Source: a virus
Strand: one strand, 5' to 3'
IMG/VR virus record: IMGVR_UViG_3300044816_000098
Span: 32,001-96,000 of that record
Length of the DNA: 64,000 nucleotides
Position numbers and translations under genes: made by a program. The notes under the pieces are model-generated. The model saw only the letters and a list, made by a program, of their open reading frames with translations, was not told the DNA's origin and searched no databases. This document shows, piece by piece, positions 35,954 through 45,433 of this stretch (position 1 is its first letter; each line of letters starts with the position of its first letter).

Positions 35954-36018
35954 TCGTTGAGCAGTACCCGGCCGTCCACCTCTGGGCGGCCGGGCCCCGT
36001 CTTTTGGGAGGAGTGCCC

Positions 36019-36363
36019 ATGGGCAAGCGCAGCAGGATGAACCGGGCCAACAAGGCCGCCGAGGCCGGTGCGGAAGAGGCAGCCAAGATCCACGAGCTGT
36101 ACGCGGAGATGCGGAAGGTCGCCGAGGACGCCTTGGAGGGGGCGCTGGCCCGTCTGCGGGAGGGCGGCGCGGACGAGAAGGACCTCATCACCGTCCACAA
36201 CACCTCCCGCCTGCTGTGCATCTCGGACATCTGGGAGATGGACCTCGGGAGGGTCGCACTCGAACTGGCCCGCTCCGGGAGCGAGGACACCGTCGTCGAC
36301 AAGATCGTGGAGGTCCTCATGGAGGGCGTCATTCTCAACGAGGCCGCCAAGGAGGGTTCATGA
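36019..36363 (+). CDS. hypothetical protein
   Basis: GGAGGAG RBS. Confidence 0.75.
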   Translation: MGKRSRMNRANKAAEAGAEEAAKIHELYAEMRKVAEDALEGALARLREGGADEKDLITVHNTSRLLCISDIWEMDLGRVALELARSGSEDTVVDKIVEVLMEGVILNEAAKEGS

Positions 36364-36614
36364 CCAAGGGCAAGCCGACTGACAACCCCGTCAATGTTGT
36401 GGTGGATACCGACAACCCTGGCAACGTCGTGGTGGATCTGACCAACTCGGTCCTGAAGGACGTGGAGGGCATCCTCGCCCGCTTCGTCGGGCCGCTGGGG
36501 TCTCAGATCGGCGTCGCCGAGGTCACCGGGCTGTTGGCGGTCAAGGCCCAGCTCGCCCAGGCCGCAGGATTGCTGGCCGTGGCCGACGCCATCCGGGAGA
36601 GCAACCGTGGCTGA
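36360..36614 (+). CDS. hypothetical protein
   Basis: ATGA overlap. Confidence 0.7.
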   Translation: MTKGKPTDNPVNVVVDTDNPGNVVVDLTNSVLKDVEGILARFVGPLGSQIGVAEVTGLLAVKAQLAQAAGLLAVADAIRESNRG

Positions 36615-36757
36615 CGAGCCCCTGAGCATGGACATCCTCAAGACCCGGCTGGAGCACGCAGAGGCCGTCCAGAGGACCCTGGCGGCCGGTCTGGCCTTCT
36701 ACACGCGTCACAGCATCCAGGAGGTCATCCAGGCCGCCGAGGACGCTGTGAGCGCCG

Positions 36758-37087
36758 GTGAGGCCCACCGTGGCTGAGGACGAGATGGAGGGGTGCTCCC
36801 TCGCGTGCCGCAAGGCCAAGGTGCACACGTTCGAGTACGGGGGCTGCGAGCACGGCATCGCGCCGGAGCCGCACGTGAGCATGACGTACGTGTACCAGGC
36901 GGACGACGGCTACCCGGCCATCGGCATGAAGACGTACACCGCGCAGGAGCTGGCCGACCTGATCTTCCCGGAGATCTACCCCGAGGGTGGCTGGCCGGAG
37001 GAGCTGTTCAACGAGGCGTTCGGCAAGGCTCTGGCCCTTCGGGTGGCGCGGGCCATCATCGTGCACAACAAGGACGAGGTCACCTGA
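36758..37087 (+). CDS. hypothetical protein
   Basis: Codon bias; start uncertain. Confidence 0.7.
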   Translation: MRPTVAEDEMEGCSLACRKAKVHTFEYGGCEHGIAPEPHVSMTYVYQADDGYPAIGMKTYTAQELADLIFPEIYPEGGWPEELFNEAFGKALALRVARAIIVHNKDEVT

Positions 37088-37097
37088 GGTGCCCCGC

Positions 37098-37742
37098 ATG
37101 ATCGGCGCCTGCACGAAGCCATGGTGTCCCTCATGCCATGCGCCTGGCGGGCTCGACTGTCCAGACGCGAGCAGGAGCCGGAAAGCCCAGAAGGTCTACG
37201 AGGAGCGCCAGTGGCGCAGAGAAGCGGAGGACGAAATGGGAGACCTGGAGCGGGCCCGCCTGTTCGCGGAGACGCCCAACGTGCTGTTGAGGACGGTCGA
37301 TCTCGGGGAGGGACACCAGATCCCGATCCCCGTACATGTGATCGAGTTCTGGAGCGAGCACAACTGCTGGCCCCCGTTGAAGGACCTCCTCGCGGCCGTG
37401 TGGCCGGACGGGAAGCTGCGGTTCATCCCGCACCAGACCGAGGCCGGGGACTGCCCGTGCCCCGGCTCGCTGCGTCCTTACGAGGAGTCCAGCGAGGAGA
37501 AGCTCCGGGCCGAGCACGTGGCCTCTTTGGACCAGTCCGCCGAGGACGAGGTCGTCATGGGCGTCGACACCGAGAGCGAGTGGCACCAGCGCCAGCTCCG
37601 CATGAAGGCCCTGGAGGCTGCGTCCCGGGTGCTGGACCTTTCGATGACGAACTCCCTGGACCGGATCCAGATCGAGAGTCGGGGAGCTGCCGTCGTCGGC
37701 ATGGCCAAGATCTTCGAGCAGTACCTCCGCGACGGGAACTGA
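37098..37742 (+). CDS. hypothetical protein
   Basis: GAGG RBS; Cys-rich N-terminus. Confidence 0.7.
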   Translation: MIGACTKPWCPSCHAPGGLDCPDASRSRKAQKVYEERQWRREAEDEMGDLERARLFAETPNVLLRTVDLGEGHQIPIPVHVIEFWSEHNCWPPLKDLLAAVWPDGKLRFIPHQTEAGDCPCPGSLRPYEESSEEKLRAEHVASLDQSAEDEVVMGVDTESEWHQRQLRMKALEAASRVLDLSMTNSLDRIQIESRGAAVVGMAKIFEQYLRDGN

Positions 37743-38158
37743 TGGCCAAGGACGACGACGCGAAGATCATTCCGTTCCGCCATCCCAAGCCCCCACCACC
37801 ACCGACCGATCCCCAGCAGTGCACCTGTGCGAACGGCGATGTCCATCGCTGTCCCAAGCACGGGAGCTGAAAGAAGAACACGTGGCACGCAACGACGATG
37901 ACGACAAGATCTGCCCCAACGACTTACCGGAGCAGCCCCCGAACCGCGAGTACCCGCCGGTGACGATCACGGTCGACACCGAGACCGGGACGACGATAGT
38001 GGCCGGGGGCAGGCCCAGGTGAGCAAGGAACACGAGCCGGTCGAGGACAACCAGGAGACCGAAGAGGACCAGGCCGAGCGCACGCTCCCCGATCACACCG
38101 AACCCGCGCCGGAAACCGGCGACATGCCCAAGCGGCACTGAACCACCTGGAGATCACC

Positions 38159-38554
38159 ATGTCCTTCTCGGACAAGCTCGACTGGGCCAGCATGGCCTTC
38201 GCGACCCTGGGCATCGGCTTCTTCGTCGCCTGGATCATCATGGAGCGCACGAAGGGCAAAACGACCCGCGAGACGGGGCTGAACCTGTCGGTGGCGGCCC
38301 ACATCCTGTTCCAGGTCTTCATGATGTGCGCCCTGACGCTCGGACTCGCGAGGGGTATCCACGCGGACGATACGGCGGAGATCGCCGTCTCCGGCTTTGG
38401 GCTCGGAGTGTTCGCGGCCACTGTGCTCGTCATGGCTGTGTCCCGGGCCAAGCAGCGACACAACGACGTGGCCGAGGCGAAGGCCCGTGCCCTGGGGCAG
38501 CTTGCTGCCGAACAGATCATCGTGGACGCAGCGAAGGATCAGCCCAAGGCTTGA
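38159..38554 (+). CDS. membrane protein (3 TM)
   Basis: GGAG RBS; hydrophobic segments. Confidence 0.75.
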   Translation: MSFSDKLDWASMAFATLGIGFFVAWIIMERTKGKTTRETGLNLSVAAHILFQVFMMCALTLGLARGIHADDTAEIAVSGFGLGVFAATVLVMAVSRAKQRHNDVAEAKARALGQLAAEQIIVDAAKDQPKA

Positions 38555-38580
38555 TGCTCCTGCGATTCCCGTAGTAAGGT
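38551..38580 (+). promoter_or_regulatory. repeated promoter-operator (18-bp spacer)
   Basis: TTGATG-CTCCTGCGATTCCCGTAG-TAAGGT. Confidence 0.75.
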
Positions 38581-38643
38581 CAGTACTCCGCAGCCCCGGC
38601 AGGCTCAAGGTGCCGGGGCTGCGGCCATGAGAGGAGAGAACGC

Positions 38644-38994
38644 ATGGAACACACACACGTCATCCAGCGGCGCAGGGAGCACGTGACCCTGGAGTGGCTG
38701 GAGCAGTTCGGCTACGCGGGCGTCTTCGCCCCGGTGATGCCGACGCTGCCCTACATGCCCACGTTCGGTGTCTCGAACGTCCTGCTCTTCGCCAGGCCCG
38801 GCGGGGTGCTCCTGCTGGCGCTGGAGGGCAACACGCTGGTCTGGGACGAGCGGGGAGATCACGTCGGGGTGGAGGTCGAACCCAAGCCGCCCACCGAGGA
38901 GGAGCTGGGTGCCCGGATCGAGGACGGGCTCCTTCCGGCCGAGGAGATTTCGAGGCACGCCAAGGAGTTCCTCGCCAACGACCCCGACAACTGA
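38644..38994 (+). CDS. hypothetical protein
   Basis: GAGGAG RBS. Confidence 0.7.
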   Translation: MEHTHVIQRRREHVTLEWLEQFGYAGVFAPVMPTLPYMPTFGVSNVLLFARPGGVLLLALEGNTLVWDERGDHVGVEVEPKPPTEEELGARIEDGLLPAEEISRHAKEFLANDPDN

Positions 38995-38996
38995 TC

Positions 38997-39248
38997 ATGT
39001 GCAACCGCTGCAACGCAGCTCAGAACAGCCTGATGACGGCCCAGCAGATGGTGCGGCGCAAGCTGCGGGAGAAGGACGAGAGCCAGCGCACCCGCGCCCC
39101 CAGGACGCTGCTCTACGGGATCTTCTCGGACCAGTTCGTCCTGCTGGGCAAGCGCTACTGCTGGGTCAACGAGAACGGCGTGCTGTCCCTCGTTCGGGTG
39201 ACCTGGAGTGAAGACGACGAGGAGGAGAGCGTCCATGTTGATGACTGA
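38997..39248 (+). CDS. hypothetical protein
   Basis: Codon bias. Confidence 0.65.
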   Translation: MCNRCNAAQNSLMTAQQMVRRKLREKDESQRTRAPRTLLYGIFSDQFVLLGKRYCWVNENGVLSLVRVTWSEDDEEESVHVDD

Positions 39249-39594
39249 CCGCTCGATCGCGAGCATCATCCACGAGGCCAACCGGCAGCACCGCATCGTG
39301 CTGGGGGAGTCGCCGGGTCCGCACTGGAACGAGACCGACGAGGACTTCAAGAAGGTCGTCGTCGATGGTGTTGCGCACGTACGCAACGGGGTCACCACCG
39401 AGGAGCTGCACCAGACCTGGATGGAGGCCAAGGGCGCCCAGGGGTGGACGTGGGGGCCGTACAAGGACACGGTCCACCTGCGCCACCCGTGCATGGTCCC
39501 GTACGGGGACCTGCCCGAGGCCCAGCGAGCGAAGGACCAGCTCTTCGCGGCCATCGCGGCCGTGCTGCTCAGTACCGAGGAAGTGACTACATGA
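39235..39594 (+). CDS. RyR-domain protein
   Basis: HQTWMEAKGAQGWTWG..HPCMVPYGDLPEAQRAKD. Confidence 0.85.
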   Translation: MLMTDRSIASIIHEANRQHRIVLGESPGPHWNETDEDFKKVVVDGVAHVRNGVTTEELHQTWMEAKGAQGWTWGPYKDTVHLRHPCMVPYGDLPEAQRAKDQLFAAIAAVLLSTEEVTT

Positions 39595-39908
39595 TCGAAC
39601 AGGACCCGGCTTTGCGGACGGTCTACGTGACCATCGGCAACAGTGACAACAAGCTGACCCAGGAGGAATGGGCGTTCTTCTGTGCCGAGGTGTACCAGCG
39701 GGTGAGCACCCTCTCCACCAAGATCTTGGGTGCTTGGTACTCCCTGCCGCACCTGGCGCATCAGAACGCCTGTTGGGGGATGCACCTGGAAGAGCCCATG
39801 TACGAGAAGCTCCGGCTTGACCTGGCCAGGTGCTGTCGGAATTGGAATCAGGACGCCATCGCCTTCGCCACGGCGCAGGTCGAACTCATCAGGCCGGAGG
39901 GGTCATGA
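39591..39908 (+). CDS. hypothetical protein
   Basis: ATGA overlap; IGNSDNKLTQEEW. Confidence 0.75.
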   Translation: MIEQDPALRTVYVTIGNSDNKLTQEEWAFFCAEVYQRVSTLSTKILGAWYSLPHLAHQNACWGMHLEEPMYEKLRLDLARCCRNWNQDAIAFATAQVELIRPEGS

Positions 39909-40315
39909 CCACTGCTCAGCAGGGATACGGGCTGGAGGAGGTGTCCACGGCCTTCCGTCTGATGAACGAAAGGATCATGGTCCCGAACCAGCTCGACGTG
40001 CTCTACCAGGTACTGCCCCGGCAGGCTCAGGAGTGCACCGAGGAAATTAAAATCCTCTTCGATGACGGTACTGCCGTCTGCATCCTCCGGTGCCGCCACG
40101 GTGAATGGCGGGCCAGGAGTGACCTCTTCAACCTCACGGAGGCCCTGCTGCGGGCCGGTCATGAGTTCGAGCAACACGCGCACCCCGCACTGTGCCGCAA
40201 GACCTACCGCGACCGCAACGTCTACGAGATGTCGGCAACGGACAGCCCGGTCTCGCTGGACCTCCAGTGCACCCAGTTCGAGGGCCACCGAGGGTGGTGT
40301 GGCGAGGATGGTTGA
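39905..40315 (+). CDS. hypothetical protein with C-terminal Cys/His motif
   Basis: CTQFEGHRGWC. Confidence 0.7.
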   Translation: MTTAQQGYGLEEVSTAFRLMNERIMVPNQLDVLYQVLPRQAQECTEEIKILFDDGTAVCILRCRHGEWRARSDLFNLTEALLRAGHEFEQHAHPALCRKTYRDRNVYEMSATDSPVSLDLQCTQFEGHRGWCGEDG

Positions 40316-40745
40316 GATCCACCGCCGTACCCCCTCGTCGATGATGCGGTACTTCGCCAACCAGGTGGTGGAGATCGCCAACCGCTCCGGAGACGTGGAG
40401 CTGGGAGGGCTGGGCATGGCCATGAACATGAGCGCGGACAGCTTGGGCGCGGAGCAGGTCGACGACCGTATCGGCCGCCCCCTGGGCGAGAAGACCAGCA
40501 AGGAGTTGTTCGCCAAGCTCAAGAGCGAGGTCCCCCTGACGGCCATTCCGGGCAAGCCCCTGGCCCTGGTGCTGGACGTGGTGGAGACGGAGGACGACTA
40601 CCGGGTCTACCTGGTCGGCATATTCCCTCCGGACGTCCCGGAGCCCGCTCTTCTGCCGAATGCCGTACGGCACCGGATCGAGACCTTCTACGGCGCCAAG
40701 ATGGACCAACAGGTCCTGGGACTGGGTAAGGAGGGTATGCAGTGA
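40308..40745 (+). CDS. hypothetical protein
   Basis: Codon bias. Confidence 0.7.
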   Translation: MVEIHRRTPSSMMRYFANQVVEIANRSGDVELGGLGMAMNMSADSLGAEQVDDRIGRPLGEKTSKELFAKLKSEVPLTAIPGKPLALVLDVVETEDDYRVYLVGIFPPDVPEPALLPNAVRHRIETFYGAKMDQQVLGLGKEGMQ

Positions 40746-40845
40746 GCAGCCCGAAGGACGATCCCGAGCGGGATCCGAACTGGTGTCAGAACCACGGCAA
40801 AACCCGCGAGCAGGAAGAGCGGGAGAAGAAGGAGAACGACAAGAA

Positions 40846-41193
40846 ATGATGGTCAGTTACAGCGAGGCCCTGGTGGCCTGCAAGCGTGGCGCGAAGATCA
40901 GCCGCATGGGCTGGAACGGCGCCAACATGTTCGTGGTCTACCAGGCCGGGTATCCCGAGGGGATCCCGATCAACGCGAACACCGCCCAGGCCACCGGCCT
41001 GCCCGAGGGCACGGTCTGCGCCTTCCGGCCGTACCTGATGATGCGTGTCGCCAGCAGTTCCCTCATGCCGACCTTCGTCCCGTGGACGGTGAGCCAGTCC
41101 GACCAGATCGAGGAGGACTGGGTGATCACCGACGAGACCGAGGTCACCCGTGAGGACGAGGTGCGCCAGGAGAGCGAAGCTCCGCCGTACTAA
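40846..41193 (+). CDS. DUF2829 family (Tad2-like anti-defence sponge candidate)
   Basis: YSEALVACKRGAKISRMGWNG..PYLMM..VPW..SQSDQIEEDW. Confidence 0.8.
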   Translation: MMVSYSEALVACKRGAKISRMGWNGANMFVVYQAGYPEGIPINANTAQATGLPEGTVCAFRPYLMMRVASSSLMPTFVPWTVSQSDQIEEDWVITDETEVTREDEVRQESEAPPY

Positions 41194-41279
41194 GACCCGC
41201 CCGATTGGTCGGCCCCTGGACAGCTCAAGAGTCCAGGGGCCGCTCCATTCTGATACCCCGACTCGTCACGAGGAGAGCT

Positions 41280-41894
41280 ATGACCTTCGACACCGAATCC
41301 CCGACGGTGGAGACACCGATCGTCCGTCTGGACGACGACACCCAGGAACTGCCTGTGGTGCCCGTGGAAGAGCCCGTATCGCCTCCGTGGCCCCCGGCGC
41401 CGGTGAAGCCCTCCCGGCACGCCAGGAGGCGCCTGCACGGCCGTGACGTCCTCCTGCTGGCCGGAGGCATTCTCGTCATCGGCGGCCTGGTGGCCATCCA
41501 GCAGGTCGTCACCTCGAAGGACCCCGGGCCGGTCTCCCGCCCGCAGGTGCAGGAGCTGATGGTGATCACCTCGCCGCCGCCTTCGCTCACGAGCCTTCTG
41601 CCGAAGCATCTGCCCCGGCCGAGGAAGACCGCCCCGCGCACGATCGCTCCCACAGAAGCCCCCAGGACGGTCAAGGCCACGCCCAAGCCCTCGCCGACGG
41701 CGCTCACCATCAAGCCCTCGCCGAAGCCCAGTCACTCTGTGCGACCGTCTCCCACGCCCCCTCCCGTGGTCGAGACGACCCTCCCCAGCCCTTCGCCGGA
41801 CCCGGTGAGCACCTCGCCGAGCCCCTCGATCTCCCTCCCGGACCTGCCGCTCCCGACAGGCACGAAAAAGGAGTCATCTCCCCCGGGAGCATGA
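41280..41894 (+). CDS. Pro/Ser/Thr-rich single-TM protein
   Basis: RHARRR followed by a TM helix and a PSPT-rich stalk. Confidence 0.75.
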   Translation: MTFDTESPTVETPIVRLDDDTQELPVVPVEEPVSPPWPPAPVKPSRHARRRLHGRDVLLLAGGILVIGGLVAIQQVVTSKDPGPVSRPQVQELMVITSPPPSLTSLLPKHLPRPRKTAPRTIAPTEAPRTVKATPKPSPTALTIKPSPKPSHSVRPSPTPPPVVETTLPSPSPDPVSTSPSPSISLPDLPLPTGTKKESSPPGA

Positions 41895-42023
41895 GCTTTC
41901 CACCAGCAGCTTTACCTGGTTTTTACTCAGAATCCGGAAAAACTGCCGGGAATACTGGGGCAAGCTGGATGGTAAGTGAAGAAAAAGGTGGCCGCATAAT
42001 GGCCCAGAACAGGACATCCTAAA

Positions 42024-42233
42024 GTGGTAGATCCCCGCGAGTACACCGACCGAATCACCAAGATCACGGGCCTGAGGAGCAAGCGGACGATCCTTCAGAC
42101 GGAGATCGACAACGAGATCGCGAAGGGATGGCGCCTGCGGCCCGGCGGCAAGACCAAGGCCGCCTTCGCCCTTCAGGTGGGACTCACCGTGACCGAACTC
42201 AACGCCCTCCTGCTGGCGATGGGGATCCACTGA
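42024..42233 (+). CDS. small HTH-like protein
   Basis: TKAAFALQVGLTVTELNALL. Confidence 0.55.
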   Translation: MVDPREYTDRITKITGLRSKRTILQTEIDNEIAKGWRLRPGGKTKAAFALQVGLTVTELNALLLAMGIH

Positions 42234-42271
42234 CCCCGGGTAGACAGCGTCTCAGCGGGTAGCAGAGCACC

Positions 42272-42439
42272 ATGGCCACCATCTATTTCGTTCTCCTGCT
42301 CCTCAGCGCGGTGAGCTTCTTCGCCGCTCTGTGGACGTGGCGTCGGGCCGAGCCGGTCCGGCCGTACCCGAACTTCATCGCGCTGGGCCTGCTGCTCTGG
42401 GTCCTCGTGCCTCTCATCCAGACGGCGAAGGCCATGTAG
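42272..42439 (+). CDS. small two-TM peptide (not in ORF track)
   Basis: MATIYFVLLLLSAVSFFAALW..FIALGLLLWVLVPLI. Confidence 0.6.
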   Translation: MATIYFVLLLLSAVSFFAALWTWRRAEPVRPYPNFIALGLLLWVLVPLIQTAKAM

Positions 42440-42516
42440 CTACTGCGGTCGGCGCCCCGAGAACCAGAGCCCCCGGATCATTCCCCCCAGCCGGGGGCTC
42501 TGCTCTGCCCTGGGGG

Positions 42517-42545
42517 TTGTACTCCTGCAATCCTTGTAGTAGAGT
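42517..42545 (+). promoter_or_regulatory. repeated promoter-operator
   Basis: TTGTAC-17bp-TAGAGT. Confidence 0.85.
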
Positions 42546-42580
42546 CTCTCTCAACAGCCCGACGACTCCCCGGAGGATTC

Positions 42581-42922
42581 ATGGACGTATCCATCACCCG
42601 CGCCGTAGTGCGCTTCCCCGTCGAAGGCCGTATCTCCGACGGGCCCATCGTCCCTGTCGGCAACAGCGAGACCCTGACGATGCGGGCGGAGAACTTCCAG
42701 TTGCACCTCTTCGTCATGGACGGCAGGTGGACGTGCAGCGAGGTCACCGTCCTGGGGCCCATGGGCGCCGCCATCGGCTGGCAGAAGCCCGCGCAGCACA
42801 CCTACCTGCTGCACCTGCCCGGCGTCCCGCAGTGGGTGCTGGACCTGGTGGAGCTGGTCACGCCCTTCCAGAGTGCCCCGCTGTTCTCCCCGGACATCTT
42901 CAAGCTGGACGGTGACGCATGA
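42581..42922 (+). CDS. hypothetical protein
   Basis: Leader motif and RBS. Confidence 0.75.
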   Translation: MDVSITRAVVRFPVEGRISDGPIVPVGNSETLTMRAENFQLHLFVMDGRWTCSEVTVLGPMGAAIGWQKPAQHTYLLHLPGVPQWVLDLVELVTPFQSAPLFSPDIFKLDGDA

Positions 42923-43176
42923 ACGAGATCGAGCAGTGGACCTTCACCCCGATCCGGGATGTCAAGGACATCACTCCTGCGATCGTCGACATGGTCGTGG
43001 AGATCCTGTCCGGCTGGTACCCCGAGGGCAAGATCGACTGGGACGACGTCTGGGATCGCATGGAGGACATGCCCATGGAGAACGGCTCGCACCTGGACCT
43101 CGGCTGCAACAAGCAATCCCTCGCGCTGAAGGCCCTCAAGGGCCGCGCGACGAAGCAGTTCAAGGAGGGTCTGTGA
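42919..43176 (+). CDS. hypothetical protein
   Basis: ATGA overlap. Confidence 0.75.
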   Translation: MNEIEQWTFTPIRDVKDITPAIVDMVVEILSGWYPEGKIDWDDVWDRMEDMPMENGSHLDLGCNKQSLALKALKGRATKQFKEGL

Positions 43177-43397
43177 CCGGCGCACACAGCAGGGGCCGTT
43201 GGGGCTGTCCCTACATCAACTGCGGTGTCATGCCCCTGGTGAACGGGGACGGATCTCTCCGCAAGCACCCCTACGAGGGCTTTCCGGTCTGTCCCGGCAG
43301 CGGATACAACATCGACCGCCCGGCCAAGGCCCAGGACGAAGCCCTGAGCAAGCGTGTGGACGAGATGTTCGTCCAGCGGAAGGACGTGGCGAGATGA
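43173..43397 (+). CDS. small zinc-binding protein
   Basis: CPYINC..LRKH..CPGSG. Confidence 0.7.
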   Translation: MTGAHSRGRWGCPYINCGVMPLVNGDGSLRKHPYEGFPVCPGSGYNIDRPAKAQDEALSKRVDEMFVQRKDVAR

Positions 43398-43825
43398 CCG
43401 ACAAGAAGCCCCTGACCCGGCACCGGCGGTGTGGAGGCAGCCTGCCCCATCCGGACGCAGATGACGGCTGGAGGCGCTGCATCCTGGAATCCGGGCACCC
43501 GAAGTCTCACCGGGACGCCTCCGGGTGGATGTGGTTGGACGAGCATGCGGTGACGGTGACGACTGTGGAGATCGTCCAGGCCGTCCCCGACCACCGGCAC
43601 GGCTTCGTGGGAGACGAGGACGAGTGCGTCGGTCTCTACGAGTGTCGGCTTCAGTGGATGGAGCACCGGGCGGAGAAGCCGTTCGTCCTCGCGCAGAAGG
43701 CTCCCGCCGAGGACGCCTGTGTGGACGGCAACGGCAACGAATACCCCGAGCACGACTGGGAGGACACCCCGACCTGCCGTCGGTGTGACGCCGAGCCTGA
43801 GGAGGTCGCCGATGAAGAGCACTGA
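43394..43825 (+). CDS. Cys/His-rich protein
   Basis: CILESGHPKSH; HDW..CRRC. Confidence 0.7.
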   Translation: MTDKKPLTRHRRCGGSLPHPDADDGWRRCILESGHPKSHRDASGWMWLDEHAVTVTTVEIVQAVPDHRHGFVGDEDECVGLYECRLQWMEHRAEKPFVLAQKAPAEDACVDGNGNEYPEHDWEDTPTCRRCDAEPEEVADEEH

Positions 43826-44522
43826 GTTCCCGTGGCTCCAGCACCTGCCCGAGGAGGACCTGGAGCCGTTCCTCAAGGAGCTGGCCGAGACGGCCGTCCA
43901 CGCGATCAGCGTCCGGGACATCAGGGCACTGGACGCGATCGTCGCGGCCTGGCGGAGCACCGCCGAGGTCCTGTCCGACCCCGAGGTGAAGGAGACTCTC
44001 CTCACCGCCACCGAGGGGGACTTCGGAGAGGTGTCTCCCCCGTTCGAGAAGCACTGGTTCGCGCTGGGGTACCAGACTTTCGACTCGGTCAAGCTGGTCT
44101 ACACCAACATCTGTAGCACCTGCGAGCAGACGCGGGAGGAGGGGAACCACTATCCGAAGGGTTCGCCGCCCCGCTACGAGGCGATGCAGGACCTGTCCCC
44201 GGACGCCCTGCGGGCGTTCGTCATCCGCATGAGCGACATGCTCGGGGAGATGAACCAGGTCCAGAAGGCCAACAGGGAGTTGCTCAAGGTGATCGAGGCC
44301 AAGAACCGGTCTCTGGAGACCGTGGACAAGTTCCTGGAGCGCCGGGACAGGACCATCGGGGAGCAGAAGGACGCGCTGCGGGAGCAGGAAGAGCAGCTCA
44401 ACCGCGTGCGGAAGGTGGCGAAGGAGGCCATCACCGACTGCTTCGACGATGTCTCGGTCGATGATCTCCGAGGACCTCTTGGGAGCTTCGAACAGACCAA
44501 CAAGCACGGGGGCGCGCTGTAG
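43812..44522 (+). CDS. protein with an actinobacterial Phd-family antitoxin-like N-terminal domain plus coiled coil
   Basis: FPWLQHLPEEDL..AWRSTAEVLSDP..EGDFGEVSPP. Confidence 0.6.
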   Translation: MKSTEFPWLQHLPEEDLEPFLKELAETAVHAISVRDIRALDAIVAAWRSTAEVLSDPEVKETLLTATEGDFGEVSPPFEKHWFALGYQTFDSVKLVYTNICSTCEQTREEGNHYPKGSPPRYEAMQDLSPDALRAFVIRMSDMLGEMNQVQKANRELLKVIEAKNRSLETVDKFLERRDRTIGEQKDALREQEEQLNRVRKVAKEAITDCFDDVSVDDLRGPLGSFEQTNKHGGAL

Positions 44523-44590
44523 TTCACCCCTGATCGACCAACACCCCCTGAGTCCCCGGACGTTGAACATGACGCCGGGGGCTCTTGCTG

Positions 44591-44619
44591 TTGTACTCCC
44601 GCAATCCTTGTAGTAGAGT
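44591..44619 (+). promoter_or_regulatory. repeated promoter-operator
   Basis: TTGTAC-17bp-TAGAGT. Confidence 0.85.
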
Positions 44620-44654
44620 CAGTGCTGCCAGAGAAGCCAATCCGAGGAGTCCCC

Positions 44655-45083
44655 ATGAACAAAGCTCTCTTCATCGAGCGGGTGCGCAAGAGCACAGGCA
44701 TGACCCAGAACGAGGCCGCCGAGGCGGTGGAAGCCGTGCTGGACACCATGGTCCGGGTGGTGGCGGAGGGCGGCAACGTCTCCATCACCGGCTTCGGCAC
44801 CCTCACCTCGAAGGAGTGGCCCGCGCGTTGGGCCCGTAACCCGCAGACCGGCGAGCGTGTCCGGGTCAAGAAGGTGGTCCGCCCGAAGTTCCTCCCTGGT
44901 GCGAACTTCTCGGAGCTGGTGGCGGGCAACAAGAAGCTCCCCAAGACGGGCTCTGCCATCACCAAGGCGGCCAAAGGCTCCGTCGCCGCGCAGAAGGCCA
45001 AGGAGGCCGAGCGTGCCGAGCGGCGGGAAGCCCTGAGGGCCGAGCGTGCCGCGCTCAAGGCCATCGTGGAGGGCACCAAGTGA
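44655..45083 (+). CDS. hup: HU family DNA-binding protein
   Basis: MNKALFI..VSITGFGT..ARNPQTGE..PKFLPG. Confidence 0.9.
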   Translation: MNKALFIERVRKSTGMTQNEAAEAVEAVLDTMVRVVAEGGNVSITGFGTLTSKEWPARWARNPQTGERVRVKKVVRPKFLPGANFSELVAGNKKLPKTGSAITKAAKGSVAAQKAKEAERAERREALRAERAALKAIVEGTK

Positions 45084-45433
45084 CCGACCTGAACGCCGAG
45101 GGGCGCATCCGGCTCTACATGGAGCTGAACGACTACCCCAACATCTCCGCCGAGATCGCCTACGACCCTCGCTTCAAGAGCGAGGAGTGGCCGCGCACCA
45201 TGTACGCGATCACCAGGGACGACATGCAGGCCGTGCTGGCCGAGTTGGAGCACCTGCGGGAGGTCCGCAACGGGTTCGCCGAGAAGCTGCTGGATCTGGA
45301 CTCGGCCAACGTCAAGATCATCGCTCTCGCTACTGAGGCGGCCACCGCCTTCGGGTCCACGACCGAGCAGTACAACCAGCTCAAGGCGGACTACGACAAG
45401 CTGGAATGGATGATGGAGGAGCTGCGCAAATGA
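45080..45433 (+). CDS. hypothetical coiled-coil protein
   Basis: GTGA overlap. Confidence 0.75.
   Translation: MTDLNAEGRIRLYMELNDYPNISAEIAYDPRFKSEEWPRTMYAITRDDMQAVLAELEHLREVRNGFAEKLLDLDSANVKIIALATEAATAFGSTTEQYNQLKADYDKLEWMMEELRK

Noticed and set aside
41895-42023. AT-richer intergenic patch as a replication origin
   Set aside because: No iterons or DnaA boxes are visible. It is more likely a different promoter for the small HTH-like gene.
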